From assembly GCA_050084515.1 (NCBI GenBank), contig CM114271.1:20956001-21020000 (forward strand): a stretch of 64,000 nt of DNA, read 5' to 3'. Of this stretch, positions 63,301 through 64,000 are shown piece after piece; within the stretch, counting starts at the first letter, position 1, and each line of letters starts with the position of its first letter. The position numbers and the translations under genes are program-made. Origin of the DNA: Blasia pusilla. Its lineage: Eukaryota. The notes below the pieces were generated by a model, which saw only the letters and a list, made by a program, of their open reading frames with translations, was not told the origin of the DNA and searched no databases.

Positions 63301-64000
63301 CACATCAAGTCAACAAAAGCACTTCCAAGAAATGCAACGATTGTTTGAGAAAGTCCTCTTATCCAACCTTCAAGTATCTAAACGAGACTTATACATTCTA
63401 GATAAGTTCAAAGAGGTATTATGTAAATGCGCCCTATAAATGGAGGATTAACTATTCTTTAACTTATCCAACACTTAAAATATTAATAATCTTGTTTTGG
63501 CTTTCAAAATTTATAGAATTTGAAAGCCAAAATTTATGTAGTGGTTGGATCGAATATCATGCCCTTCCATACCTACGAATGGTTAGGCCTTAAAGGTATG
63601 ATGCCAACTCAATGCTTGTTGGAGATGGTTGATGGCCTTTGAGTCAAATCAAAAGGTATCATTTATTGAATGCAAATGCAAATGAGAAAACACTCGTATA
63701 CATCATAAACCTTTTTTATATTATGAATATGAAGTAAAAAAGGATTTAGGTTACCCTTTGCTTTTGGTTTGGTGTTGGCTATCATCAATAGGAGTACATT
63801 TGGATCTATTCCAAATGTAGATGGACAGTGCATCAACTTACCATCTATTCTAGAGAAGGAAGCATGAAAATAGTGGATACTTAATATGTTGCTTAACTTA
63901 TACCGCCTCAATTGATGCACCAAAGATGTCCATACATGAGAAGATGAACTTGGATCATCTCTTCAAACAACTTGGAGCCTTTAGTTTTGCAACAATCAAG

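Overview
Eukaryotic DNA, most likely from a non-seed land plant (inferred from the intron-rich plant genes and the retroelement type; I cannot name the species). Bases 1-14327 hold two nested, minus-strand, frameshifted copies of one Ty3/Gypsy-type retrotransposon family. The polyprotein order is Gag (2 Zn knuckles), aspartic protease, DNMT3-like C5 DNA methyltransferase, RT, RNase H, DDE integrase, PHD finger. The complete inner copy (3309-12613) lacks normal paired LTRs: in element orientation it reads B-[PBS]-internal-[PPT]-A-B-A (A = 138 bp, B = ~479 bp). Its PBS is complementary to the predicted transcript 5' end (Tf1-like self-priming), and its TG/CA attachment sites abut head-to-head inside the LTR (CA-AC-TG). 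This layout is the circular permutation expected if a 2-LTR circle were opened at that internal junction and integrated. The rest of the window holds a related solo-LTR-like remnant, small Helitrons, a PPOX1/PDX3 gene (YjeF_N epimerase + PNP oxidase; 13 coding exons traced), an intronless J-domain gene, several tandem repeats, and a ~21.6 kb minus-strand multi-exon gene for a very large protein with repeated ASH/PapD-like Ig motifs.
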